Assembly (NCBI GenBank): GCA_963674755.2
Contig: CAXXVS010000003.1
Location: 128,001 to 192,000, forward strand
Length of the DNA: 64,000 bases
Reading direction: 5' to 3'
DNA from: Desulfobacterales bacterium
Lineage (GTDB): Bacteria; Desulfobacterota; Desulfobacteria; Desulfobacterales; UBA5852
Part shown: positions 21,585 through 31,279 of the stretch, piece after piece
Position numbering within the stretch: the stretch's first letter is position 1
Layout: the number at the start of each line of letters is the position of its first letter
Made by a program: the position numbers and the translations under genes
The notes under the pieces: model-generated
Seen by the model: the letters and a program-made list of their open reading frames with translations, nothing else
What the model was told of the DNA's origin: nothing
Database searches by the model: none

Positions 21585-22295
21585 TCAGGCTCCTCCCCGC
21601 TCTCCGCTCCTCCGGTTTCCTGCCTGTGTCCTTCCGGCCCTGAGCACCATCCGGATGGCATTTGACGCACAGGTCGCGACACACAAACCGCATCCGTAGC
21701 ATTTGTCCTGATGAAAGACCACGGCGCCCGATTCCCCGCTCTGGGCGCCAAAAACACAGCGTTCCGTACACGCACCGCACTGCACGCATGCGTCCGTGTC
21801 CACCACGGCGACATAATCCGCATGCGCCACCAGATCGGGCCGCCCAAGCTTCTTCATGAACCCGATATCATGGCAACAACACGCGCAGCAGCTGCAGAGC
21901 GCATACACATGCTGCTCGGGGTTATAAATGGTCAGGTGGACCAGCCCATGCGCATTCGCCAGCTTCAGCACCTCTGCCGCCTCCTCCAGATCGACGCGCC
22001 GGGCCGCCCCCTGGGCGACTTTTTTATCCGCCACATCGTTCGTATAAAAACAGACCTCCAGCGGATTGTCGCAGCGCTTGTGCTTGGTCCGGCACAAACA
22101 GTCGGCCAGCGCGAACGAGTGCGAATTCCGCAGAATCTCTATCACCTGCTGCGTCGGCAATACCCACTGCAAATAGTCCTGCGACTGCTGCACCGGGATG
22201 ACCTTCGATGAGAACGGAATCTTCCCCTCTTTTATCCACCCCTCATAGGTCTGCATCCGTTCCTCGAGCTCTTCGTCCCGTTCTTCTTTTTCCAT
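21585..22295 (-). CDS. 4Fe-4S binding protein
   Basis: CLCR..C..C, LCSCCACCC, two CxxCxxCxxxC ferredoxin motifs. Confidence 0.88.
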   Translation of the reverse strand: MEKEERDEELEERMQTYEGWIKEGKIPFSSKVIPVQQSQDYLQWVLPTQQVIEILRNSHSFALADCLCRTKHKRCDNPLEVCFYTNDVADKKVAQGAARRVDLEEAAEVLKLANAHGLVHLTIYNPEQHVYALCSCCACCCHDIGFMKKLGRPDLVAHADYVAVVDTDACVQCGACTERCVFGAQSGESGAVVFHQDKCYGCGLCVATCASNAIRMVLRAGRTQAGNRRSGERGGA

Positions 22296-22396
22296 ACCGC
22301 ATCCCCCTGTGGTTTGATGCTGCTAAGATGAGTAGATGGATCTTGACCGTAATCTGCCACATCTGGATGGACACTATTTAAACGCGGACGAGAATA

Positions 22397-22422
22397 ATGT
22401 ACACTCACTTGTCAGTATACTT
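22397..22422. promoter_or_regulatory. putative TetR operator
   Basis: imperfect palindrome gtacac-N10-gtatac just before the tetR RBS. Confidence 0.4.
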
Positions 22423-22436
22423 ATAGGAGGAGCGCC

Positions 22437-23030
22437 ATGCGCAGAAAATCCGCAGAAACCCGGCAGCAGATCATCGATGCGGCCTATACCCTTTTTTATC
22501 AGCGCGGCTTCATGCGGACCGGCGTCGATGCGGTCGCCCATGCGGCGGGCATTACCAAGCGAACGCTCTATCAGCACTTCGGCAGCAAGGATGACCTGAT
22601 CGAAGCGGTGCTGGAACATCAGCACCAGATGGCGCTCGAACGCATCCGGCGGTGGGCCGATCGCCTCACCGGAAAACCGGATCAGATGGTGATGACGCTT
22701 TTTGGAAAACTCGCTCAATGGGCCGCCGGCCCGGAGTGGCAGGGATCCGGCTTTACCCGGGCGGCGGTGGAATTTGCCGATCAGCCGGGACATCCGGCCC
22801 GCAAAGCGGCGCGCCGGCAAAAGGCCGCGGTCGAAAGGTATCTGGTAGAAAAGTTTGCCGCCCATGGTCTGGATGATGCCGAACAACTGGTGCGGGAAGT
22901 CCTGTTGTTGATCGAGGGGTGTCAGACCCTGGCCCTGATTCATGACAATTTGGACTATATCGATGCTGCCCGCCATGCCGCCTTGATCCTGGTCCGAAAC
23001 AGTCAATCAACGACGGCGGGAAATATATAA
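22437..23030 (+). CDS. TetR/AcrR family transcriptional regulator
   Basis: IIDAAYTLFYQRGF..GVDAVA..AGITKRTLYQHFGSKDDL HTH; AGGAGG RBS. Confidence 0.93.
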   Translation: MRRKSAETRQQIIDAAYTLFYQRGFMRTGVDAVAHAAGITKRTLYQHFGSKDDLIEAVLEHQHQMALERIRRWADRLTGKPDQMVMTLFGKLAQWAAGPEWQGSGFTRAAVEFADQPGHPARKAARRQKAAVERYLVEKFAAHGLDDAEQLVREVLLLIEGCQTLALIHDNLDYIDAARHAALILVRNSQSTTAGNI

Positions 23031-23145
23031 CCCGGCCGGAAATCAGACACTATGCGTAATGCGTCCACATAAGGGTGAGGTTTTTGGCGGGGTTCGACCC
23101 GATTCGAATCGGCAACGCCCGCCGGAGGGCAAGCAGGAAGCGACA

Positions 23146-23883
23146 TTAGCCGCCAAAGCCCCCGACGCCCTTGAGCAGCATCAGCGCGCCCAGGGCGAAC
23201 AGCAGGATGTAGATGGTCCGTTTGTAAAGGCGCTGGTCGATGGTATCAAAGAGCCGCATACCAGTGAAAACACCGGCCAGAAGGGGCACAAGGCAGTAGG
23301 TGAAGTGGTGGACCACCTCAGCCGTGACCAGTCCGGAAAAAAACTGCAGCGCAAGGATCAGCGCACCGCTGATACAGAAAAATGTCACCAGGGTGGCCTT
23401 GATCTGGTGTTTGGGCCATGGCTGCAGGGCCGTGTATACAATCACAGGCGGGCCTGCCGCCCCGATGCTGGCGCCCAGAAGCCCGGCGCTGAAGCCGGCG
23501 GTGAAAGTCCAGCGTTGCTTCAATTCCGTTTTCGACGACCCGTGTTGCCAGGTCGTGGCCGTCGTGGCGATGATCACGCCCCCCACCAGCAACTCCAACC
23601 ATTGCGCTTCGACCGTTTTGAGAATGTAGACCCCCACAGGCACCCCCGGAAGAGACGCTATCAGCAGGGGCAGCCACTTGCGGGCCTGAACGTGGCGGGC
23701 GAGCCGCCAGACGAGGATAACGTTCATCACCAGGCCCAGCATCATGATCAGCGGGATGGCCGTCTTGATGTCGATCATCAGCGCCATGAGGGGCAGGGAC
23801 ACCAGCATCAGACCGAATCCGGTCATGCCCTGAACGAGCCCGCCCAGATAGGCAATAAGGGCCAGGTATACTGTTTCAGCCAT
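23146..23883 (-). CDS. sulfite exporter TauE/SafE family membrane protein
   Basis: GLVQGMTGFG and GFSAGLLGASIGAAGPP repeats, highly hydrophobic. Confidence 0.88.
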   Translation of the reverse strand: MAETVYLALIAYLGGLVQGMTGFGLMLVSLPLMALMIDIKTAIPLIMMLGLVMNVILVWRLARHVQARKWLPLLIASLPGVPVGVYILKTVEAQWLELLVGGVIIATTATTWQHGSSKTELKQRWTFTAGFSAGLLGASIGAAGPPVIVYTALQPWPKHQIKATLVTFFCISGALILALQFFSGLVTAEVVHHFTYCLVPLLAGVFTGMRLFDTIDQRLYKRTIYILLFALGALMLLKGVGGFGG

Positions 23884-23939
23884 GCCTCAACCATCGCGGT
23901 TACTGTTTTTCAAACCCGGGGGCCCCGATTTGGAGACGG

Positions 23940-25499
23940 TTAAACCGGGTTGGCTTGGTCCGACCCGTTCGAAACGTTTGACGCCCCGCAAACGAGCTCC
24001 GCTAAAAATCTGGAAAATGGTTCGATATTTTTTCTCATGCTGGCTTCTTCCAAAGCAGCCATATAGTCATTGCGGGTTTCAAGCGGAATTACGGTCCACG
24101 GATAGCCGCCGCTGGCTAACATGACATTCATCAGAAATCTTCCCATGCGGCCATTTCCATCAACATAGGGATGTATAAATACAAAGAAGAAGTGGCCTAA
24201 AACAGCCCTCACAGCGGGCTCTTTTTCATTTTTTAAAAGCGTGAAAAAGGCCGGCATTAGATCACGCACGGCTTCACAGCGAGGCGGTATATGCCTTGAT
24301 TTACGTATATAGACAGGCTGGCTGCGATAGCCGGCAAGATCAGATGCCGTTATTATACCCGCACTTATACTTGGGGCGAACAGCTCTCGGTACCATATGG
24401 AGTGATCCTGGCATACCACTGTTCCTGCTGCGTTTTCATTTAGAACCTTGGTCAAGCTTCTCTTCACCGCTTGAAAAGCCTGCCAGTAACCACGCGCCGC
24501 CAATGCATCGGCGTACGCTTTGTCTTTGCGGTTTGTTTCCGGGTCCCAATTCCCTGAGCGAATACGTTCAATAAGCGCTTCACTAACACGGTACCCTTCA
24601 ATAGAAAGCGAATGGTAGGCATCCGTCAGGTATAGGTCGTCGACATGTTTAAGATATTCGTCGGTGTTCTGGCGCATGGCAGGCGCCTGCGGAAAGTTTT
24701 CAAGGACAACGCCGCGCATCTCGGCCCAGTTCATCCGTATCCGGTTGACGTAAGGTGAAAGCTCGCGTTCACTGAAAACAATGGCCGGTTTTCCCTCAAA
24801 AGGGTCGTTCTCTGTAATGCTGTATCCAGCAGCTCGCATTGTCTCGATAATGTTGTCGGCAATCGCATTCTTCCCAATATTTCGGAAAGCGCCGGCAAGC
24901 CTGCCGGCTACGGTGCTATGTCCACCTTCAAGAAGCTTGTGCAATATTTCGGAAGCATCAGGAATCATGGACAGCACCGCGCGGGCTTCTGCCGCATGAT
25001 TTGAATAAAAGCCGGGCGCACATGCAATCAAGGCCGCGGGCAGGGTCATCATCTGCAAGTTTTCTTTGCTTTCGATATCGTTCTTGTCCGGCAATTTCAG
25101 GCGGGCGTCCAGTATGGCGGTTTTATGAAGAAGAGAGGTTGGTTTGTTGCCGCCCTTTGGGGTGCGAACAAGCAGTTGTCCCGGGACATTCCAGTTTCCG
25201 CTGTGAATGCATAATGATTGTTCAGGGGAAAGGCACCACTGATGACCAAACCTTGATTTAAGGTAATCGGCACAAAATCCCCAAAATGAAGCATACCATG
25301 CCGTACTTTCCCCGGTTGGCGCTTCGGGGCGGACCGAAATATACCATCCTTTCATTACTTCTTTGATAAGTCCGTTTTTGAGGAGCCGTTCCCGGTGCGT
25401 GCGGGTCATATTCTTTGAATGAATTGCGACGATGCCCTCATCCTGAAGTTTTTTCAGGACAGCGAGAGATTCCGAAAGCTTATCCTGTGGTGTTGCCAT
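23940..25499 (-). CDS. Fic family protein (519 aa, extended N-terminus)
   Basis: Fic motif HPYVDGNGRMGR; DAYHSLSIEGY. Confidence 0.92.
   Translation of the reverse strand: MATPQDKLSESLAVLKKLQDEGIVAIHSKNMTRTHRERLLKNGLIKEVMKGWYISVRPEAPTGESTAWYASFWGFCADYLKSRFGHQWCLSPEQSLCIHSGNWNVPGQLLVRTPKGGNKPTSLLHKTAILDARLKLPDKNDIESKENLQMMTLPAALIACAPGFYSNHAAEARAVLSMIPDASEILHKLLEGGHSTVAGRLAGAFRNIGKNAIADNIIETMRAAGYSITENDPFEGKPAIVFSERELSPYVNRIRMNWAEMRGVVLENFPQAPAMRQNTDEYLKHVDDLYLTDAYHSLSIEGYRVSEALIERIRSGNWDPETNRKDKAYADALAARGYWQAFQAVKRSLTKVLNENAAGTVVCQDHSIWYRELFAPSISAGIITASDLAGYRSQPVYIRKSRHIPPRCEAVRDLMPAFFTLLKNEKEPAVRAVLGHFFFVFIHPYVDGNGRMGRFLMNVMLASGGYPWTVIPLETRNDYMAALEEASMRKNIEPFSRFLAELVCGASNVSNGSDQANPV
23949..23969 (+). 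repeat. core of cassette-boundary repeat
   Basis: gttggcttggtccgacccg identical to 25790-25808; overlaps last codons of fic ORF. Confidence 0.75.
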
Positions 25500-25537
25500 T
25501 TTTTGGCCTTTATATTGATGTATCCGCGTTTGGTTAT

Positions 25538-25625
25538 TTCAGGTTATTGTGTTCTATTGTTTTTAGGTTTTCGTGTCAAACATATTTAAGGTTATTTGGT
25601 TGTTCTATATTCAGGTTATTGTGTT
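25538..25625. repeat. four direct repeats at exact 24-bp period upstream of fic
   Basis: aggtt(a/t)t cores start at 25541, 25565, 25589, 25613; first and last share ttcaggttattgtgtt. Confidence 0.75.
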
Positions 25626-25661
25626 GCTATGCATCGGTGCTTCAGGTGCCATACCTGTCCA

Positions 25662-25811
25662 GGTAGAAAATGCCGATGAGCGCATTCCATGGTTACGGAT
25701 TCCGCATGACACCAATTTTGGGGTTAAAAACGCAGTTATAGAGGCAATATTATGGAGGCTTTGGGAACAATCATGTGTGAATTCTATTAGTTGGCTTGGT
25801 CCGACCCGATT
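25662..25811 (+). repeat. full-length cassette-boundary repeat (~150 bp)
   Basis: ggtagaaaatgccgatgagcgc..ggaacaatcatgtgtgaa..ttagttggcttggtccgacccgatt; aligns with 29094-29241 and 27966-28014. Confidence 0.8.
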
Positions 25812-25819
25812 GAAATCTC

Positions 25820-26614
25820 TTAAACCAGTTTCTCGGTTTCAGTGAGCCATGACAGCAGGGTGTTGTTGAACGCGCGCGTCCGGTCGATCATGACCCAATG
25901 CCCGGCGGGCAAGGCAATCACGCGGTTGCCAGGCCGCTTGGCGAGACCCTCGATCCAGGCGCGCGAGTGGAACATGAGCGGCTTGCGTTCGCCGTAGATA
26001 TAGAGCATGGGACAGTGCGGATCGAAGGCCCGGAGGCCGCGGAGCCCGCCGGAAACGCCCAGCCAGGCCAGCGCATAGGGATAACCCATTTGCGAACCGA
26101 TGCGCTCGGGGTCGGTCGGACAACGCAATACGCGCGCCATCCAGCGCGACATGGCATCTCCGATCCTGCCGCCTATGCGCCAGGCGAGGGCCAGCCACAT
26201 CTGATAGGCCGCCACCATGAGCACGCCCTTGGCGCCCAGTTCCGCGCGGTGGTTTCGCGAGCCGGCGTCACCGATGTCCACGCCGATCACCCGCTCGACA
26301 ACCTGCGGATGTCGCATGGCAAACTGGTAGCCGAAGAAGCAGCCCCAATCGTGCAGCAACAAGCTTACGCGCTGATCAGGGCAGGCCTCGTCGACCACGC
26401 GGCGGATCGTCCCGACAACTTCGGCCAGCGAATAGGCGCGGCCTTTCCGTGACAGGTCGAATCCCGGCAGGGTGAAGCGCACGCAGCGCAAGCGGCCCTT
26501 CAAGGCCTCGACCTGGGCATCCCACAACGCGTGCGTGTCAGGCCAGCCATGGATCATCACGATCGCTTGCGGGCCGGCGCCCTCGATCATCACGTCGACA
26601 TCGCCAATCCTCAT
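25820..26614 (-). CDS. alpha/beta fold hydrolase (epoxide hydrolase-like)
   Basis: HGWPD oxyanion motif, HDWG nucleophile, AGHW catalytic His. Confidence 0.9.
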   Translation of the reverse strand: MRIGDVDVMIEGAGPQAIVMIHGWPDTHALWDAQVEALKGRLRCVRFTLPGFDLSRKGRAYSLAEVVGTIRRVVDEACPDQRVSLLLHDWGCFFGYQFAMRHPQVVERVIGVDIGDAGSRNHRAELGAKGVLMVAAYQMWLALAWRIGGRIGDAMSRWMARVLRCPTDPERIGSQMGYPYALAWLGVSGGLRGLRAFDPHCPMLYIYGERKPLMFHSRAWIEGLAKRPGNRVIALPAGHWVMIDRTRAFNNTLLSWLTETEKLV

Positions 26615-26660
26615 GCCGCCAACTCCTTATTCGGGACCGCCGGGCATCGGCATTGGGGGC

Positions 26661-27698
26661 TTACCACGGCGTGGGTTTGGGGTTGCGCTGGTCGAAGCCT
26701 TTCTGGTGCCAGTAAGGATAGGCGGGCTCGCGGTGGCTGGCCGCGTCGAGCTTGGCGATCTGCGCCCCGTCCAGTTGCCACCCCACTGCCCCGAGGTTCT
26801 GCTTCAACTGGTCGGCATTGCGCGCGCCCACCACCACGTTGCTGACCGTCGGCCGCTGCAACAGCCAGTTGAGCGCCACCTGCGGGATGGTTTTGCCGGT
26901 CTCGGCCGCCACCTCCTGCAGCGCGTCCACCACCGTGAACAGGTATTCGTCGTCCACCGGCGGGCCGCCCTCGGCGCCGCCCTGGGCGATGCGCCCCTCC
27001 TTGGGCGGGTTGTTGCGGGTGATTTTGCCGGTAAGGCGCCCCCAGCCCAGCGGACTCCACACCATCAGCCCCACGCCCTGGTCGAGTCCCAGCGGCATCA
27101 GTTCCCATTCGTAATCGCGCCCCACCAGCGAGTAGTAGCCCTGGTAGGCCACGTAGCGGGCCAGCCCGTGTTTTTCCGACGTGGCCAGCGACTTCATGAG
27201 GTGCCAGCCCGAGAAGTTGGAGGCGCCGATGTAGCGCACCTTGCCGGACGCGATGAGGTTGTCGAGCGCCGCCAGGGTTTCTTCCACCGGCGTCAGCGCG
27301 TCGAAGCCGTGCATGAAGTAAACGTCGATATGGTCGGTGCCGAGCCGCTTCAGGCTGTCTTCCGCGGCGCGGATGAGGTGGTAGCGCGACGAGCCGCATT
27401 CGTTCGGCCCTTCGCCCATGGCGAAGGTGGCCTTGGTGGCGATGAGCACGTCGTTGCGCCTTCGGCCCACCGCCTTGCCGAGAATTTCTTCCGCCAGGCC
27501 GTTGGAATAGATATCCGCCGTGTCGAAAAAATTCATGCCGTGCTCAAGGCAGATATCCACCAGCTCCGTGGCTTCCTTCACATCGATACTGCCCCACTTC
27601 CTGAAGAATTCGCTGTTGCCCCCAAAGGTGCCCGTGCCCAGGCTGAAGGCCGGCACCATCAGCCCCGAGCGCCCGAGTTGGCGATATTCCATGCTCAT
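26661..27698 (-). CDS. aldo/keto reductase
   Basis: MEYRQLGRSGL, FFDTADIYS, SLKRLGTDHIDVY, IGASNF, WSPL. Confidence 0.93.
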   Translation of the reverse strand: MSMEYRQLGRSGLMVPAFSLGTGTFGGNSEFFRKWGSIDVKEATELVDICLEHGMNFFDTADIYSNGLAEEILGKAVGRRRNDVLIATKATFAMGEGPNECGSSRYHLIRAAEDSLKRLGTDHIDVYFMHGFDALTPVEETLAALDNLIASGKVRYIGASNFSGWHLMKSLATSEKHGLARYVAYQGYYSLVGRDYEWELMPLGLDQGVGLMVWSPLGWGRLTGKITRNNPPKEGRIAQGGAEGGPPVDDEYLFTVVDALQEVAAETGKTIPQVALNWLLQRPTVSNVVVGARNADQLKQNLGAVGWQLDGAQIAKLDAASHREPAYPYWHQKGFDQRNPKPTPW

Positions 27699-27965
27699 GG
27701 TGGTTCCCCCTCTTTTGGTTGTGGTGGGTCCATACGTTGCCATAAGCTATCAACGGATGGGCCGCGCGCAAGGGGCCGCCTTTCAGTAAACGGATGAATC
27801 GGGGCGCACCAAGAGATCTACCTGCTTTCACGTCGCTTATGCGTCATAGCCGTTGATTTCGGCAAACTGTAGCGCCATTTTGACCACAAGAATTCTCGCT
27901 ATACCGCAATTGGTCTTTCTGCTGTTCCTAACCAGATACCGATACGTCGGATGCTAAGCCCTCCG

Positions 27966-28014
27966 GGTAGAAAATGCCCATGAGCGCGCGCCATGGTTTT
28001 GGTCCGACCCGATT
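27966..28014 (+). repeat. internally deleted cassette-boundary repeat
   Basis: 5' end ggtagaaaatgcccatgagcgc..ccatggtt fused directly to 3' core ttggtccgacccgatt. Confidence 0.75.
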
Positions 28015-28157
28015 TGCCCCCTTAGTAAGATGAACTTCATTTCCGGTTTGACCTGACTATGGCTCTATAGTTTAGAAGAAGTTGACGGTCATCGACAAAG
28101 TCTTTCCCGATAGCCGGAAAACCTGCCAATACATGCTATTTTGAAAAAGGTGTCCGC

Positions 28158-29090
28158 ATGCGAGATTACATCAAAGGCGTGTATCTATGCCTGATCGTCG
28201 GCAGCGTGACTTTTTCCTGGGGCTGCAAGAAGGATCCGGGTCCGGGCGACAGGTCCTGGCACCAGGTCGTGGCAAACCATCTGCGAAAAGTCGATGTGGG
28301 CGGATATTCGCTGAATGCCGTTGACATGGGAACGGGCATCCCCGTGGTCATGATTCACGGCTTCGCGGATTCCGCCTACTGCTACCACAGGAACGTCCAA
28401 ACGGTTCTCGAACATGGATTCCGTGTTGTTCTGCCCGAGCCGCCGGGATTGGGCCAATCGGATATCCCGCCCGCACCCTACGTGTACAGCGTTGAGAACC
28501 AGGCCGAGGCCATCCGCACCTGTTTGGACCGGATGGGCATCGAGCGTTTCATACTGGTCGGCCACTCCATGGGCGGTGGGATTGCGCTGTATTTGGCCAC
28601 GCACTACCCGCAGCGCATCGCCAAGCTGATGATTATCGATGCGGCCTGCTACGATCCCAAAAGATTCCAATTTTTCAGGCTACCGGGAGCGTCGCATTTT
28701 GCCGGCGCCATTGCCGGGAAATGGATCATCCGTATGGCGTTGAATGATGTCTTCTACGACAAAAGCAAGGTCACCGACGCCATGGTCTCCGAGTATGCGC
28801 AACCTTTACGCAAACCAGGGTACGTGAAGGTATTGGCAGGACTTTCGAAGCAATATTTTTCCGAAGCGCATACCGCCATGCAGTCGCGCTACGGTCATCT
28901 GGACACGCCCCTGTTTATTGTCTGGGGCCGCGCAGACACCTGGCTCCCCCCTGAATTCGGGGAAACGCTTGCCAGCACGGCGCCACATGCCAGACTATAT
29001 CTTTTGAAAGATGCAGGCCACAGCCCCCATCAGGAGCAACCGGAAGTATTTAACAAACTGCTTGCTGAATTTTTAAAGGACGGCGCTTGA
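28158..29090 (+). CDS. exported alpha/beta fold hydrolase (possible lipoprotein)
   Basis: hydrophobic N-terminus ending SWGC; HGF, GHSMGG, WG..D, AGHSP. Confidence 0.88.
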   Translation: MRDYIKGVYLCLIVGSVTFSWGCKKDPGPGDRSWHQVVANHLRKVDVGGYSLNAVDMGTGIPVVMIHGFADSAYCYHRNVQTVLEHGFRVVLPEPPGLGQSDIPPAPYVYSVENQAEAIRTCLDRMGIERFILVGHSMGGGIALYLATHYPQRIAKLMIIDAACYDPKRFQFFRLPGASHFAGAIAGKWIIRMALNDVFYDKSKVTDAMVSEYAQPLRKPGYVKVLAGLSKQYFSEAHTAMQSRYGHLDTPLFIVWGRADTWLPPEFGETLASTAPHARLYLLKDAGHSPHQEQPEVFNKLLAEFLKDGA

Positions 29091-29093
29091 GCA

Positions 29094-29241
29094 GGGAAGT
29101 GGCGATGAGGGCGTGCCATGGCTGCGGCGTTCGCATAACCCTGATTTTCAGGTCAAAAATGGCATCATAGGGACTATATTGGGGTGGTTTTCGGAACAAT
29201 CATGTGTGAAATCTCTTAGTTGGCTTGTCCGACCCGGAATC
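29094..29241 (+). repeat. full-length cassette-boundary repeat
   Basis: gatgagggcgtgccatgg..ggaacaatcatgtgtgaaatctcttagttggcttgtccgacccggaatc. Confidence 0.8.
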
Positions 29242-29337
29242 AGGCTCTGCCGTAAGGTCGTTAAGATAATCTGGTGTGCAAACCATTTGTGCACTTTGTC
29301 AACAACGTCCCCTCGATGGTCTGGAATCAGCGCCTAT

Positions 29338-29661
29338 ATTGTCTGTGATTGGCTTGACAGACAGCCAGAGGACCCGGGAGACTTAAACGAGATAGCGTTG
29401 CGGTTCGGATTGTCTCGAAGCTTACTTACACGCGAATTTAGAAGTTATACGAATACAAGCATTGTTGAATATATCAATATCCGACGCCTCCAAAAGGCCG
29501 GGATAATTCTTTCATCAACAGGTGAAGGTATTGCCGAGGCAGCATTTCAGAGCGGTTTTTCAAGTTTACCCAACTTTTATAGGCAGTTCAAAAGAATGTA
29601 TGGTGTGTCACCAGCAGAATTTCGCAATCAATTCTTCAAAAAAGTCGAAAAGGATGTTTGA
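29338..29661 (+). pseudogene. AraC-family HTH domain, 5'-truncated
   Basis: LNEIALRFGLSRSLLTREF..IAEAAFQSGFSSLPNFYRQFKRMYGVSP; no sensor domain or credible start, upstream frame runs into repeat. Confidence 0.75.
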
Positions 29662-29805
29662 AAGATCACATACTGATGGAGATCTCGGCGATAGAGATCG
29701 ATAGTAACACTGGGGGCATCGATACGGGCTTGGCGAGGCAGACGGAGAGGTTAGCAGATCAGATTGAAAATTGATACTTATTATGAATGGGCCCCCTTTT
29801 AGCCC

Positions 29806-30900
29806 CTAATCCTCCACCTCCGACCAACGATAGAACATCTTGAGCCCATTACCATGAGAATTAGGCAAACGCTTATCATGCTGCAATCGCCCAACGACAA
29901 TTCCTGGCGCTATTTTTATTTTCTTTGCAAAGGTCTTAATTGGGGCGAATGATCGCCCATCCCATGATTCAATAAATTTTCGGTAATCGGCTGGAGGAAT
30001 TAATCTATCCCTGGCGAAGGCATTGGCTTCTTCCTCTTTTTCACAATTCATACCGTTGCCTTCTATAAAAATTTCCTTGCGTCCATGCAGGAGTATATGC
30101 CCCGCCTCATGAAAAAATGTGAACCAAAGATGGTCATTGCTCTTATACCGGAGGCTCAACTGAATGACGGCCTTGTTGCCGAGCCAACGGGTTGCGCCAT
30201 AAACCCCGGTCTTTGACAACTCGGGGACAAAAACTACTGCTACACCAGCCGAAGCACAGACCTCTAACAATCTCCTTTGGAAAAGATGCGGCTTTTCGAT
30301 GGTCAGCCCTCGTATGTTGCCCAACGCCTCTTGAAATCGTTTATTATTAAATTGGTCACAAGATATTTTTCTTGCTTCGAGCTCACCCTGTCGAAGCCAG
30401 GCCGATACCGATTCAGCGCAGGCCTCAAAGCGTTGTGTCTGTCGATAAGCCACTTGGTGTTTTCGCCAAACTGTCACCCATTGATCAGGAGATGCCACCC
30501 CAAAAAAACGTAAAACTTCAGTCAGTTGAGATATCTTGTCTTTTTTTTTAGGAATCCACCCCAGTTTGGTCAGTTGACCAACGGGCACCTTTTTTAACCA
30601 GTCCAATTGGGAGGACAGTCTCTTTGCTTCGGCTAAACGGGAGCGATCTTCCTGGAACTGTCTCTCAAGGTTGTTCCAGAAATGCGCAGGACGGCCAAGC
30701 GAATGTTCAAATTTCAGCGCTGTATCTGGTGTTATAGGCGATTTCCCCTTGATGATTTCATTGATGGTTTTTTTTGCAAGTCCAGTCCTAGCAGCTAATT
30801 CGGCCTGGGTCATGCTGAAGGCTTCCAAATATTCCTCCAAAACCTCTCCTGGTAGAACCAAATAATCCGGATCATATTGCGTTGAGGTCTTATCAGCCAT
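29806..30900 (-). CDS. HigA-type XRE antitoxin fused to ImmA/IrrE (M78) metallopeptidase domain
   Basis: PGEVLEEYL..MTQAELA..INEIIKGK..FWNNL HTH; WFTFFHEAGH and EEEANAFA. Confidence 0.9.
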   Translation of the reverse strand: MADKTSTQYDPDYLVLPGEVLEEYLEAFSMTQAELAARTGLAKKTINEIIKGKSPITPDTALKFEHSLGRPAHFWNNLERQFQEDRSRLAEAKRLSSQLDWLKKVPVGQLTKLGWIPKKKDKISQLTEVLRFFGVASPDQWVTVWRKHQVAYRQTQRFEACAESVSAWLRQGELEARKISCDQFNNKRFQEALGNIRGLTIEKPHLFQRRLLEVCASAGVAVVFVPELSKTGVYGATRWLGNKAVIQLSLRYKSNDHLWFTFFHEAGHILLHGRKEIFIEGNGMNCEKEEEANAFARDRLIPPADYRKFIESWDGRSFAPIKTFAKKIKIAPGIVVGRLQHDKRLPNSHGNGLKMFYRWSEVED

Positions 30901-31240
30901 GGGTGTCCTCCACTCCCAGTATTTTGATCGCAGTGACCTGGGACCAGTCTAATCCACCGTCATCAAGCTTTGGGACAGGATCATGATCGGGGGTGAAAAT
31001 TAGACGGTAGGGATGATCCAGATCCACGGATAGTTGACCAGACCTTTTCCCTTCAGTGAGCTCATGACAGCGGCCAGGCGGACTTTTAGGCGGCCAGAAA
31101 TCCTTCAAACTATTAGCCGCCCGCAATTCTGTCATGCGTATGCGTATCTTCTTAGCCCGCGAACTACCGTGAATTTTCACGAGTTGCGGCCCCTCGTTGA
31201 AGGATTTTGCAAGTTTCTTGTTCTTAAAGGATATATTCAT
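30893..31240 (-). CDS. HigB/RelE-like toxin (killer protein family)
   Basis: MNISFKNKKL..RCHELT..SVDLDHPYRLIF..VEDTHG; overlaps antitoxin start. Confidence 0.85.
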   Translation of the reverse strand: MNISFKNKKLAKSFNEGPQLVKIHGSSRAKKIRIRMTELRAANSLKDFWPPKSPPGRCHELTEGKRSGQLSVDLDHPYRLIFTPDHDPVPKLDDGGLDWSQVTAIKILGVEDTHG

Positions 31241-31262
31241 ATATCATATAGTCAAGAAGTTG

Positions 31263-31279
31263 TTAACCCATTAGGTTAA
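31263..31279. promoter_or_regulatory. putative antitoxin operator
   Basis: perfect palindrome TTAACC-N5-GGTTAA 23 bp upstream of toxin start. Confidence 0.5.

Noticed and set aside
26472..27797. 441-aa plus-strand ORF
   Set aside because: Antisense shadow of the aldo/keto reductase
29113..29337. N-terminal part of the 182-aa AraC ORF
   Set aside because: It is read-through of the boundary repeat, not a sensor domain
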